NCBI GenBank assembly: GCA_023428865.1 | Contig: JAEYWT010000147.1 | Location: 1-32,973, forward strand | Length of the DNA stretch: 32,973 nucleotides | From: Bacteroidota bacterium | Lineage (GTDB): Bacteria > Bacteroidota > Bacteroidia > Flavobacteriales_F > PHOS-HE28 | Direction of reading: 5' to 3' | Shown here: positions 6,972 through 16,747 of the stretch, in pieces | Layout: each line of letters begins with the position of its first letter | How positions within the stretch are numbered: the stretch's first letter is position 1 | Translations under genes and position numbers: made by a program | Notes under the pieces: model-generated | Seen by the model: the letters and a program-made list of their open reading frames with translations, nothing else | Databases searched by the model: none | What the model was told of the DNA's origin: nothing

Positions 6972-9659
6972 ATGGGCCGGGGTACCTTTCGCACTTTCCC
7001 GATGATGCGTATCGCCCGCAACGTACTTCTTGCGCTGGCCGCCCTGTTCGTGCTGGGGTTCGGCACCTTGGTGGTGCTGGCCAACGTGTACGAAGTAGAG
7101 GTGAAGCAGAAGCTCATCGGTGCCCTCAACGCCCAGTTGAACGCACCGGTGAGCGTAAGCGGCATGGACCTCACCCTCATCGCGCGCTTCCCGCAGGCCA
7201 GCATGCGGTTGAACGATGTGCTGGCACACGAGGTGCGCACGGATGATGCACCAGCCGATACCCTGCTCTACGCCCGCGAGCTCTTCCTCGAATTCAGCCT
7301 GTGGGACATGTTCACCGGCAACTACGCCGTGCAGAAGGTACACGGTGTGGGCACCAAGCTCTACCCCGGATTGGACCGCAACGGCAACGAGAACTACATC
7401 GTTTGGAAGACGGACAGTAGTTCCACCGGGTTTGCAGCCATCGACCTCAAGAAAGTAAGCTTCGAAGGACTCGACCTGCGTTTCCGCGATGACCGGTCGG
7501 CGCTGGCCATCACCGCAAGCAGCAAGACCTTGGCCCTGAGCGGGCGTTTCGCCGAAGACCTCAACACCCTCAGCCTGAACGGCGACCTGCATCTGCTCAA
7601 CTGGGCGAATGGAAAGGATCTCGTGCTCAGCGACCGCCAAGCTTACTTGCGCCTCGCCATGGAATTCGGTGGGGCCGATGCACTCTTCCGCATAACCAAA
7701 GGCGAATTGAGCAGCGGTGCCGTGCCCTTGGAAGTGACCCTGGCTGTGACCCATAGTACCAAGGGCGATGAGTTGGACCTGCGTGCCAATGGCCTTGGCT
7801 TGGAGCTGGCCGATGTGGTGCGCCTCTTACCCGAAAGCCTAACCAAGGGCTTGGAGCGCTACACCATGAAGGGTGAAGTGGACCTGGCCGTACACTACGC
7901 GGGGCCGCTCAGTAGTCCCTCGCTCAGCGTTGGCGCCAAGCTGGTCAAAGGCAAACTGAAGGAACAGCGCAGTGGCACCTCCTTCACCGATGTGTTCGGC
8001 GAATTGGCATTGGACCTTACCCCGAAAGGCACACCACAGAAACTGGTGGTGAAGAACTTCTCGGCGAAGAGCGGCAACGGCAGCATCAGCGGCAACTGGC
8101 AGAGCAACGGCTTGGCCAACGCCACAGTGAAAGCCGATCTGAAAGCCGATATCGCCTTGGCGGAACTGCTCCGGTTCGCGCAAGTGGACACCTTGGAACA
8201 GGTGAGCGGTCGCTTGAAGGCCGACCTCAACGTGAAGGGGAAACTGCGCGACATCGCAGATATACAGCCCAAAGACCTGCGCGCGCTCACCATCACCGGC
8301 ACGCTCGCTTCTCGCGATGCCACATTGAAGATGAAAGGCGTGCGGCACCGGGTGGAGCACCTCGACGCCGACCTCTCCATCCACGGCAACGACGCCACTG
8401 TACAAGGCCTGAAAGCCCAGTTCCAAGGGAACGCGCTGGTACTGAACGGCACACTCCGCAACCTAGTGCCCTTTGTCCTTTTTGATGACCAACGGCTCGT
8501 GGTGGAAGCCAAAGGCAGCTCGCCAAGGATCGATATGGCAGCGCTGGTAAGCAGCGAGGGCGCCAACCCTTCCACGAAGGACTATCGCCTTACCCTACCC
8601 TCTTCCATCGAACTGGACCTACAGGCCCGTGTGGATGAACTGGTCTTCGAAGAATTCAAGGCCACTGGCATCACCGGTACGGTAACCATGCGCAACAAGG
8701 TGCTGCGTGTTTCGCCCATGAGTTTCGCCACCGCCAGTGGCCATGTCACCGGCGGATTGGAGTTGGATGCGCGTGATGCAACCCGGCACTACCCGCTCGC
8801 CATCAACGCCAGCTTGGAGGGCATAGAGCTACAGCAGCTCTTCCGCGAGTTCCAGGATTTCGGTCAGGACTTCATCGGGCACAGGCACATCAGCGGCCGC
8901 ACCAAAGCGCAAGTGGCATTCAACGCACCGCTTTCACCGGATATGAAACTGGACATGGACCGCTTGGTTTGTGTGATCGACATCGGCGTGGACAACGGCG
9001 CCATCAAGGGTCACGGACCACTATTGGAAGTGGCCGATCACCTGCAGAAGAACAAACTCGTTGCCCCTTTCGTGGATGTGCCTGAACTGCGCAAGCGCCT
9101 TGGTGACATCCGCTTTGCCCGGTTGGAGAACCAGATCCAGATCCGCAACGGAGCAGTGCATGTGCCGCAGATGCTGGTGAGCAGTTCCGTAATGGACATT
9201 GAACTGAGCGGTACACATTGGTTCGATGATCGGATCGACCACCACTTGAACTTCCGGCTGAGCGACCTCTTCCGCAAGGGGAACGTGAACGACGAATTCG
9301 GTCCAGTTGTGGACGATGGCACCGGCATGCGGATCTTCCTGCACATGTATGGCACAGCCAGCGACCCCCGGTTCGGTAACGATGGTGCCATGGCCGCAGC
9401 AAAACGCAAGAAACAGTTCCAAGAGGAGAAGCAGGAACTGAAACAGATCCTGCGCGAAGAGCTGGGGCTCTTCAAAGGGAAGACACAGCCGCCCACCGCC
9501 ACCACGAACTCCACACCGGCACCGCAGTTCCAAGTGATCCAGAACGACACCGCCCCCACCGCTGGCGCACAAACCGGACCACAGCGGCCGCGCAAAGGCC
9601 TCAGCAGGCTGATGAAAGACCAGCAGGAGGAGGAAGAAGTGATCTTCGAGGTGGACTGA
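6972..9659 (+). CDS. AsmA family / AsmA-like C-terminal region protein (envelope lipid-transfer superfamily)
   Basis: N-terminal anchor MRIARNVLLALAALFVLGFGTLVVLA, followed by a long beta-rich body with the typical start KQKLIGALNAQLNAPVSVSGMDLTLIARFPQASMRLNDV. Alternative ATG starts at 7002 and 7005. Confidence 0.7.
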   Translation: MGRGTFRTFPMMRIARNVLLALAALFVLGFGTLVVLANVYEVEVKQKLIGALNAQLNAPVSVSGMDLTLIARFPQASMRLNDVLAHEVRTDDAPADTLLYARELFLEFSLWDMFTGNYAVQKVHGVGTKLYPGLDRNGNENYIVWKTDSSSTGFAAIDLKKVSFEGLDLRFRDDRSALAITASSKTLALSGRFAEDLNTLSLNGDLHLLNWANGKDLVLSDRQAYLRLAMEFGGADALFRITKGELSSGAVPLEVTLAVTHSTKGDELDLRANGLGLELADVVRLLPESLTKGLERYTMKGEVDLAVHYAGPLSSPSLSVGAKLVKGKLKEQRSGTSFTDVFGELALDLTPKGTPQKLVVKNFSAKSGNGSISGNWQSNGLANATVKADLKADIALAELLRFAQVDTLEQVSGRLKADLNVKGKLRDIADIQPKDLRALTITGTLASRDATLKMKGVRHRVEHLDADLSIHGNDATVQGLKAQFQGNALVLNGTLRNLVPFVLFDDQRLVVEAKGSSPRIDMAALVSSEGANPSTKDYRLTLPSSIELDLQARVDELVFEEFKATGITGTVTMRNKVLRVSPMSFATASGHVTGGLELDARDATRHYPLAINASLEGIELQQLFREFQDFGQDFIGHRHISGRTKAQVAFNAPLSPDMKLDMDRLVCVIDIGVDNGAIKGHGPLLEVADHLQKNKLVAPFVDVPELRKRLGDIRFARLENQIQIRNGAVHVPQMLVSSSVMDIELSGTHWFDDRIDHHLNFRLSDLFRKGNVNDEFGPVVDDGTGMRIFLHMYGTASDPRFGNDGAMAAAKRKKQFQEEKQELKQILREELGLFKGKTQPPTATTNSTPAPQFQVIQNDTAPTAGAQTGPQRPRKGLSRLMKDQQEEEEVIFEVD

Positions 9660-9744
9660 AGGACACTTGGAAGTTGCTCACTTCCATGTCGCTCAAGCAT
9701 TCCCCGCAATAGGTTCGGCCACTCTTCCGAACTTCACGCCCCGC

Positions 9745-11274
9745 ATGGACCTGTACTCCCGCAAACAACGTTGGAAGCTCGTGCTCGCCGTGGTGGCGAT
9801 GCTCATCGTGGGCGCATCGTTGTGGTACAGCAACACCATCGTGGAGCGCATTCGGGCCGAAGAGCGGCGTAAGGTGGAGCTCTGGGCCGAAGCGGTGAAG
9901 AACCGTGCGGAGCTGGTCAACTACACCGAGAAGCTCTTCGATCGCCTGCGCGAAGAAGAACGGAAGAAAGTACAGCTCTTCGCGGATGCCATGCAGCGCA
10001 TGGGCAGCAGCGATGACACTGACTTCTCCTTCTACCTGCGGGTGGTGAGCGACAACACCACCGTGCCTGTGGTGATCACCGACGAGAAGGGCAACAAGCG
10101 CTTCGATCGCAACATGGATAGTTCCGTAGTGAACCATCCTGAACGCCTTGCTGCGGAGATCGCCTCCATGGCCAAGGTCTACCGGCCGATCAGCATCTAC
10201 ATACCCGGCGTGGAGCGCCAGTTGCTCTACTACAGGGATTCCAAGGTAGTGACCGAGTTGGAAGAAGTGATGGACGGGATCATACGCTCCTTCATCTCCG
10301 AAACGGTGATGAGCACAGCCGTTGTACCCGTTATCTACACAGACAGCACCCAACGGCGTGTGATCGAATACGGGCACATCGACTCGTTGATCGCCCAGGA
10401 CAGCAGCGCCATGCAAGCCCGCATCCGCGCCATGGCACAGGCCAACGCACCCATCGCCATAGACCTGCCGGGAAAAGGGCGCAACTACATCTTCTACGAG
10501 GAATCGCTCGTGATCACCCAGCTGCGCTACTTCCCGTATGTGCAATTGATGATCCTCGGTCTCTTCCTGATCGTGGCCTATGCGCTCTTCAGCATCTTCC
10601 GCAATGCCGAACAGAACCAGGTATGGGTGGGCATGGCCAAAGAGACCGCTCACCAACTAGGCACACCCTTGAGCTCCCTCATGGCCTGGATGGAATTGCT
10701 GAAGGAGAACAACCCCGAAGCGGTAAGCGAGATGCGCAAGGATGTGGACCGACTGGAGGTGATCACCGAGCGGTTCAGCAAGATCGGATCAGCACCGGAC
10801 CTCACGTCGGAAAAGCTCTACCACACCTTACGCGCCACGGTGCTCTACCTAAGGCCACGCTTACCGGGCCGGGTGAAGATCGACATCCAGCAACCGCCGG
10901 ATGCCGATATGCTGGTCCCTTTGAACCGCGCGCTTTTCAGTTGGGTTATCGAGAACTTGATCCGCAATGCGGTGGACGCTATGGAGGGCGAAGGGTCCAT
11001 CAATGTGGAGATCGTTCCCGAAGGTGGCGAGGTACATGTGGACGTGACCGACAGTGGAAAAGGCATTCCGGCCTCTCAGCATCGTACTGTCTTCCAACCG
11101 GGCTTCACCACCAAGAAGCGCGGCTGGGGTCTCGGTCTATCCTTGAGCAAACGCATCATCGAACAATACCACGGCGGCAAGATCATGGTGAAGAAGAGCG
11201 CACCCGGCAAGGGCACCACGTTCCGGATCACCTTGAACCAAGGGGTGTTGAGCGGAGCGTTGGTGAGTGAGTGA
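9745..11274 (+). CDS. Sensor histidine kinase (two TM segments, ~270-aa extracytoplasmic domain, HisKA + HATPase_c); no adjacent response regulator
   Basis: H-box ETAHQLGTPLSSLMAWMELL, N-box ENLIRNAVDAM, DSGKGIP, and G-box GWGLGLSLSKRIIEQYHGG. ATG at 9745 (MDLYSRKQRWKLVLAVVAMLIV). The ORF-track start at 9667 is a TTG. Confidence 0.85.
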   Translation: MDLYSRKQRWKLVLAVVAMLIVGASLWYSNTIVERIRAEERRKVELWAEAVKNRAELVNYTEKLFDRLREEERKKVQLFADAMQRMGSSDDTDFSFYLRVVSDNTTVPVVITDEKGNKRFDRNMDSSVVNHPERLAAEIASMAKVYRPISIYIPGVERQLLYYRDSKVVTELEEVMDGIIRSFISETVMSTAVVPVIYTDSTQRRVIEYGHIDSLIAQDSSAMQARIRAMAQANAPIAIDLPGKGRNYIFYEESLVITQLRYFPYVQLMILGLFLIVAYALFSIFRNAEQNQVWVGMAKETAHQLGTPLSSLMAWMELLKENNPEAVSEMRKDVDRLEVITERFSKIGSAPDLTSEKLYHTLRATVLYLRPRLPGRVKIDIQQPPDADMLVPLNRALFSWVIENLIRNAVDAMEGEGSINVEIVPEGGEVHVDVTDSGKGIPASQHRTVFQPGFTTKKRGWGLGLSLSKRIIEQYHGGKIMVKKSAPGKGTTFRITLNQGVLSGALVSE

Positions 11275-11363
11275 GATGATGAATGCGGAACCTTCCATCA
11301 GGGCTCTGTCGACCGTGCAGATCGTCATCAGTTGCGAAATGAACCTTGAGCATTGACGAACGT

Positions 11364-12488
11364 ATGCCCGGCCTCTACTTCCATATCCCCTTCTGCCACC
11401 GGGCATGCACGTACTGCGACTTCCATTTCAGCACCTCCACCGTGCGTACACCGGTGCTCGATGCCATGGAACTGGAGTTGGTGCAGCGTTCCACGGAAAT
11501 TGGTGATGCATCCGTAGGCACCATCTACTTCGGTGGCGGAACGCCGAGTTTGCTTGGCCATGCCCGCATAGCAGCGTACATCCAACACGCGTGTGACCTT
11601 TTCCGGGTTGACCGCACAGCGGAGATCACCCTCGAAGCCAACCCGGACGACATCACCGCAGAGCGTTTGGACGAATGGCAAGCTGCCGGGATCACACGCA
11701 TCAGCCTGGGCACGCAGAGCTTTCGAGATGACCGCTTACTCTGGATGGGCCGTGCCCACAACGCCCAACAGGCCTTGACCAGCATCGGGCTGATCGAAAA
11801 GGCAGGTTTCTCTAGCTGGACCATCGACCTGATCTATGGTCTACCAGGTATGACCTTGGCCGAGTGGGACGAACAGCTTACCATGGCCTTGGACCACGGC
11901 ATGCCACACCTGAGCGCCTATTGCCTCACCGTGGAAGCGAAGACCGCACTGGCACACCAGGTGCGGTCCGGCCAAACAAACATGCCTAACGACGATGACC
12001 AGAGCGCGCAGTTCGACCGGCTGATGGAACGCATGGAACACGCCGGCCTGGATCATTACGAGATCAGCAACTTCGGAAGAGCGGGCCACTACTCCCGGCA
12101 CAACAGCAGTTATTGGGATGGTGTGCCCTACCTCGGTATCGGCCCTTCGGCGCACTCCTTCAATGGCACAACGCGTCGCTGGAACGTGGCCAACAACGCA
12201 CGATATGTGAAGGCATTACAGGAGCAAACCAACTACTGGGAAAGCGAAACACTAACACCCGCCCAGCGCACCAACGAGCGCTTGATGACAGGCCTACGGA
12301 CCGCCTTGGGGGTGGACCTTGCGAAATTGGAGCTGGATGCCCTGCTCCACAACTCGTCGGCCTTCCAACGGCATGTGTCGAACGGTCATCTGAGCATACG
12401 TGCTGGACGCTTAGTTTTGAGCAAAGCGGGTCGTCATTTCGCGGACCGCATCGCATCGGACCTCTTCGTCACCGACGATGATCGCTGA
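11364..12488 (+). CDS. hemW: Radical SAM family heme chaperone HemW (HemN-like, oxygen-independent coproporphyrinogen oxidase family)
   Basis: MPGLYFHIPFCHRACTYCDFHF (CxxxCxxC cluster motif), GGGTPS, and a HemN_C-like tail. ATG at 11364. Confidence 0.85.
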   Translation: MPGLYFHIPFCHRACTYCDFHFSTSTVRTPVLDAMELELVQRSTEIGDASVGTIYFGGGTPSLLGHARIAAYIQHACDLFRVDRTAEITLEANPDDITAERLDEWQAAGITRISLGTQSFRDDRLLWMGRAHNAQQALTSIGLIEKAGFSSWTIDLIYGLPGMTLAEWDEQLTMALDHGMPHLSAYCLTVEAKTALAHQVRSGQTNMPNDDDQSAQFDRLMERMEHAGLDHYEISNFGRAGHYSRHNSSYWDGVPYLGIGPSAHSFNGTTRRWNVANNARYVKALQEQTNYWESETLTPAQRTNERLMTGLRTALGVDLAKLELDALLHNSSAFQRHVSNGHLSIRAGRLVLSKAGRHFADRIASDLFVTDDDR

Positions 12489-13239
12489 GATCACCCACCA
12501 CGGCCGCACCTTCAAGGTGGATCTGGCCAGACCGATCGACCTTTCGTTCCCGTTGCATGCCGGCGAAGATCAGCTCAGGGCTTGGTGGGTAGAGCCCGTG
12601 CGCATGGAGGCGGTGAGGAACGGAGACACGGAATACGCCGTGAAGTCCGGTGCTCCGGTGAACTTCCGCAACGTCTTCTTCAATCCACATGGCCACGGCA
12701 CACATACCGAGAGCGTGGGCCACATCGCACCCGAGGTTTATCCGGTCGGCGACCAACTGAAGCGCTATTTCTTCACCGCACAACTCATCAGTGTACGTCC
12801 GGAAGAACGGCGCGCACCCGATGCCAAGACCGACCACGTGATCACCTTGGAACAACTGCGCCACACCGTGAACGAGCGCCCACCGGAGGCACTGATCATC
12901 CGCACGTTGCCGCAAGGCGATAACAATACCCGCGATTGGAGCGGAAGCAACCCGACCTACTTACAGAGCACGGCCTGTTCTTGGTTACGCAGCATTGGCG
13001 TTAAACACCTGCTTCTCGACCTTCCCAGCGTAGACCGTGAAGAGGACGGCGGTGTGCTGGCCGCGCACCATGCCTTTTGGGACTTCCCTAACACGGTGGA
13101 TCGCGAACGCACCATCACCGAATTGTTGAACATCGGCCCGGACGTGCGTGATGGCGACTACCTACTGGAGCTGCAGCTACCGCACTTCATGAACGATGCG
13201 GCACCGAGCAGGCCGGTGCTTTATGCTCTTCTGCCATGA
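12478..13239 (+). CDS. Putative cyclase family protein (kynurenine-formamidase-like fold)
   Basis: FFNPHGHGTHTESVGHI resembles the HxGTHxDxPxH metal motif, with Glu in place of Asp. The ATG overlaps the hemW end by 11 nt. Confidence 0.55.
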   Translation: MIAEITHHGRTFKVDLARPIDLSFPLHAGEDQLRAWWVEPVRMEAVRNGDTEYAVKSGAPVNFRNVFFNPHGHGTHTESVGHIAPEVYPVGDQLKRYFFTAQLISVRPEERRAPDAKTDHVITLEQLRHTVNERPPEALIIRTLPQGDNNTRDWSGSNPTYLQSTACSWLRSIGVKHLLLDLPSVDREEDGGVLAAHHAFWDFPNTVDRERTITELLNIGPDVRDGDYLLELQLPHFMNDAAPSRPVLYALLP

Positions 13240-13580
13240 CGTTGGAGGACTTCCGCGCCCATTGCCTGAAGAAACCCGGTTTCGGGGAGGACTTCCCCTT
13301 CGGTCCGGAAACGTTGGTATTCCGCGTAGGTGGTAAGATCTTCGCCTTGATGGATGCCGACAGTTTCCAGAGCGTGAACCTGAAATGTGATCCGGAGCGG
13401 GCCATCGAACTGCGCGAGCGCCACGAGGCCGTGAAACCCGGCTACCACATGAACAAGCAGCACTGGAACACGATAGACACACGCAGCGATGTACCGGTTA
13501 AACTGCTGCTGGAGCTCGCCGATCATTCGTACGAACTGGTAAAGGCCAGCTTGCCGAAGAAGGTGCGGGAGGGGCTCTAG
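13236..13580 (+). CDS. MmcQ/YjbR family DNA-binding protein
   Basis: FPFGPETLVFRVGGKIFALM...VNLKCDPERA...KPGYHMNKQHWNTI is the family signature. ATGA overlap with the upstream gene. Confidence 0.8.
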   Translation: MTLEDFRAHCLKKPGFGEDFPFGPETLVFRVGGKIFALMDADSFQSVNLKCDPERAIELRERHEAVKPGYHMNKQHWNTIDTRSDVPVKLLLELADHSYELVKASLPKKVREGL

Positions 13581-13602
13581 TGCGCAGCGGATCGCTTCCC
13601 GC

Positions 13603-13610
13603 TAGCTTTG
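13603..13610 (+). promoter_or_regulatory. Candidate -7 box TAGCTTTG (TAnnTTTG) upstream of the DUF502 gene
   Basis: Exact match to the Bacteroidota sigma-A -7 consensus. It ends 7 nt before the ATG at 13618, which implies a very short or absent leader. No clear -33 box. Confidence 0.3.
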
Positions 13611-13617
13611 CACAGCC

Positions 13618-14199
13618 ATGAGCAATACCACCCGTCGCATCGGCCGCATCCTCCTCAGCTTCTTCTTCAGAGGGCTGTTGCTGCTTGCGCCCATCACCAT
13701 CATCGTATGGGCCTTGTGGCAATCGGTGAGCTTTCTGGACGGCATCATTCCGCTGGACATCCCTGGCCTTGGGCTGCTCTCTCTGCTGGCCATCATCACC
13801 GTGGTCGGCTGGCTGGGCACCACCTTCCTCTACGAACCGTTGGCCACCTTTGGTGAAGAGCTACTGCAACGTATCCCCTTCCTGAAGACCCTATACGATG
13901 CCATCAAGGACCTGGTGGAAGCCATTGTTGGCAGCAAACGGAAATTCGACCGGCCTGTGTTGGTGAAACTCGGTGGCAACACGGAAGTGGAACGCTTGGG
14001 CTTCATCACCCAAACGGATCTGGGCCACCTCGGCCTTGGCACCGACAAGGTGGCGGTTTACCTACCGCACGCGTTCAACTGGAGCGGCAACCTGTACATC
14101 GTACCGGCGCGGAATGTGACACCGATCGATGCCCGGGCTGCTGATGTGATGAAGTTCGTGGTGAGCGGCGGGGTGTCGCACGTGGATGATGATGAGTGA
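13618..14199 (+). CDS. DUF502 domain-containing membrane protein
   Basis: Two N-terminal TM helices, then LLQRIPFLKTLYDAIKD...RPVLVK...LGFITQ...VYLPHAFNWSGNLYIVPARNVTPID...MKFVVSGGVS, the typical DUF502 layout. Confidence 0.75.
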   Translation: MSNTTRRIGRILLSFFFRGLLLLAPITIIVWALWQSVSFLDGIIPLDIPGLGLLSLLAIITVVGWLGTTFLYEPLATFGEELLQRIPFLKTLYDAIKDLVEAIVGSKRKFDRPVLVKLGGNTEVERLGFITQTDLGHLGLGTDKVAVYLPHAFNWSGNLYIVPARNVTPIDARAADVMKFVVSGGVSHVDDDE

Positions 14200-14240
14200 C
14201 GAAACATGCTCCGGCACGTCCATTGCATAGTACACGACAC

Positions 14241-15107
14241 ATGAAACGCATCTCCACCCTTCTGCTTCCCTTTTTCTTCGCCGCCTCACTAGCAGCACAG
14301 AACACGGTTGAAGTTTCCTCCTTCGCCTTCAGCGATGGGGTACACCCGACCTTCAGCTTCTTCTTCGAGGGCACGGATACCAAATACGTGGAGAGCTTCT
14401 GGCGCGATGAACTGAAGAAGATCAGTACGGCGGTGAGCAATAAGAAGGAAGTGATCGGTCAGGCCGCCGTTGTTCCGCAGATCTCCAGCGATACGGTGCG
14501 TATCTACGTGAAGGCTGAACAGCGCAAGAACAGTCCGAACCTCACCGCGCATGTGGCCATCATGACCACGGCGGGTTTCGTTGGCCCGGCAAGCGAGACC
14601 ACGGTGTTCGAGGGTGCGAAGTCCTTCGTGCAGCAGCGCAGTACCGCCTTACGCCGCCAACTGGCCGAACAGGAACTAAGCCTTGCGGAGCGCGGGCTTA
14701 CTAAGTTGAAGAACGAATTGGCCGACCTACAGCGCGAGAAAGAACGGGCGGAAGCCAATAGCGAGAAGAGCAAGCAGCGCGCGGCAGAAGCCGTACTCGA
14801 ACAGGAGCGGACACGTGCCGAGGCCGATGAACTCGGTCCACGGATCACTACCATGCAGGCTGAACTGGGCGAAACACCCAGCAAGGACGGCACCAAGGAG
14901 CTGAGCGCCCTGATCCGCGACAAGGACCGCGCCCAAGGCCGCAACCGCAAAGCGCACGACGAGGAGATCGCCATGCATAAGAAAGTGGATGAGCTGACCC
15001 AGGCGATCAAGAAGAACGTGGAGGACCAGGCGATAAAGAGTGAAGAGATCGCCAAGCAGGAGACCTTGGTGGCCAGCTTGCGTGAAAAGTTGAGTTCGAT
15101 CCGCTGA
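14241..15107 (+). CDS. Secreted hypothetical protein with a long C-terminal coiled coil
   Basis: The ATG at 14241 gives signal peptide MKRISTLLLPFFFAASLAAQN. About 130 aa follow as a globular part, then ~150 aa of heptad-like E/K/R/A/L-rich sequence (LAEQELSLAERGLTKLKNELADLQREKERAE...). Confidence 0.55.
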   Translation: MKRISTLLLPFFFAASLAAQNTVEVSSFAFSDGVHPTFSFFFEGTDTKYVESFWRDELKKISTAVSNKKEVIGQAAVVPQISSDTVRIYVKAEQRKNSPNLTAHVAIMTTAGFVGPASETTVFEGAKSFVQQRSTALRRQLAEQELSLAERGLTKLKNELADLQREKERAEANSEKSKQRAAEAVLEQERTRAEADELGPRITTMQAELGETPSKDGTKELSALIRDKDRAQGRNRKAHDEEIAMHKKVDELTQAIKKNVEDQAIKSEEIAKQETLVASLREKLSSIR

Positions 15108-15144
15108 TCGCAACGCCGCGCGCCAGCTACCTTTCGGCCCGCGC

Positions 15145-16062
15145 ATGCATGCCCGCAGGAATGCCCTCTTATTGCTGCACCTCACGGTGTTCATCTGGGG
15201 CTTCACGGGCATCCTGGGCAAGTTGATCCAAGAAGACCAGGGTACCTTCCCGCTGGTGTACACGCGCACGGTGATCGCCCTAGTGGGGCTTGCCATAGGT
15301 GCACTGTGGATGCGTCGATCACTCTCCCCACGCACCCCGGACCTGAAGCTCTACCTGCTCACCAGCCTCATCATCACCGCGCATTGGATCACCTTCTATG
15401 GCGCCATCGAGCTCAGCACGGCCAGCATCGCGGTGGCCTGCCTCAGCACAAGCACAGTGTTCACGGCCATGTTGGAACCCATCTGGTTCAAGCGGAAGAT
15501 GCGCCTATACGAAGTGGTGCTCGGGCTGTTGGTGGTAGCTGCCTTGCTGCTCATCTTCGGACTGGAAAGCGGCCACCGCGATGGCATCATTGTTGCCACC
15601 CTCAGTGCCTTGCTCAGTGCATGGTTCAATATCGTGAACGCCGTATTGATCAAACGAGGCGACGCCATGCGCATCGGTTTCTACGAAATGGCCGGGGCCG
15701 CCATCACCATGGCGCTCTATCTCTGGGTGGTGAACGACCTACCACCGCCGCTTTGGCAACTACCACCGGACACGATCCTCTGGCACCTGTTGCTCGGCCT
15801 GGTCTGCACCTCCTTCGCCTTCGTTGCGGGCATCGTGGTCATGCGCCAATTATCACCATTCACCGTCATGCTCACCGTGAACCTGGAGCCCATCTACACC
15901 ATCATCATCGCGCTGCTGATCTGGGGTAGCGTGGAAAAGTTGCGCACGGGCTCGTACGTCGGCATCGCGTTGATCCTGGTCTGTTTGTTCGTGAACGGCT
16001 GGTTCCAGCGCAAGCGCGACCGTGCAGAAGTGATCGAACCCGATCCGCTGACCCAAGGCTGA
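15145..16062 (+). CDS. DMT superfamily (EamA-like) transporter
   Basis: About 10 hydrophobic helices in two halves, with the N-terminus LLLLHLTVFIWGFTGILGKLI. Confidence 0.6.
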   Translation: MHARRNALLLLHLTVFIWGFTGILGKLIQEDQGTFPLVYTRTVIALVGLAIGALWMRRSLSPRTPDLKLYLLTSLIITAHWITFYGAIELSTASIAVACLSTSTVFTAMLEPIWFKRKMRLYEVVLGLLVVAALLLIFGLESGHRDGIIVATLSALLSAWFNIVNAVLIKRGDAMRIGFYEMAGAAITMALYLWVVNDLPPPLWQLPPDTILWHLLLGLVCTSFAFVAGIVVMRQLSPFTVMLTVNLEPIYTIIIALLIWGSVEKLRTGSYVGIALILVCLFVNGWFQRKRDRAEVIEPDPLTQG

Positions 16063-16107
16063 GCGATCTTTGCACGGCGGTCCTTTCCAACCAGGGCAGC
16101 TTCTCGA

Positions 16108-16719
16108 ATGAACAAGATCAAGGGCTTACTCGTTCTAGTAGGCGTAGGACTGCTGGTGTTCTTCATCACGCGTTCGGTGTATGAGCCTAAGGGTAAGACC
16201 GAAGAGGTCACTTCCACGGTGCTCTTGGAGCGCATCAAGCCGGTGTTGAAATTGGTAACGGTGGAAGGTGAATTCAACGAAGTGTACACGTATCGCGATG
16301 CACAGGCCACCTTCGATTGGCTCAAGAGCTTCTCTCCATTTCAGAAGAAAGCGATGCTTCGCGTGAAGGCGCGGGTAAGCGTTGGATACGATCTGCACGG
16401 CATGGGGCTGGATGTGGATGAAGCCACGAAGACCATCACCTTCAACGGCATGAGCGCCCCACAAGTGCTGTCCATGGAACACGATATCGACTACTATGAC
16501 ATGGAGTCGGGCACTTTCAACCCCTTCACGGCACAAGACCACACCCGCATGGAGGCCCAGGCCAAGAACATGATCCGATCGAAGATCCCCGAAAGTGGCC
16601 TATTCCGGGCTGCGGCGGATCGCAAACAGGAAATGATCATCGTGGTACGGGCATTGGTGGAACATGCCGGCTGGACCTTCGTGGACGCCAGTGGTCACGG
16701 CCGCCCGATCGACCATTGA
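16108..16719 (+). CDS. DUF4230 domain-containing protein
   Basis: N-terminal anchor GLLVLVGVGLLVFFI, then VLKLVTVEGEFNEVYTYRD...KKAMLRVKARVSVGYDL, typical of DUF4230. Confidence 0.55.
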   Translation: MNKIKGLLVLVGVGLLVFFITRSVYEPKGKTEEVTSTVLLERIKPVLKLVTVEGEFNEVYTYRDAQATFDWLKSFSPFQKKAMLRVKARVSVGYDLHGMGLDVDEATKTITFNGMSAPQVLSMEHDIDYYDMESGTFNPFTAQDHTRMEAQAKNMIRSKIPESGLFRAAADRKQEMIIVVRALVEHAGWTFVDASGHGRPIDH

Positions 16720-16747
16720 CCCGGTATCTTCGCACTCCGATCCACGC

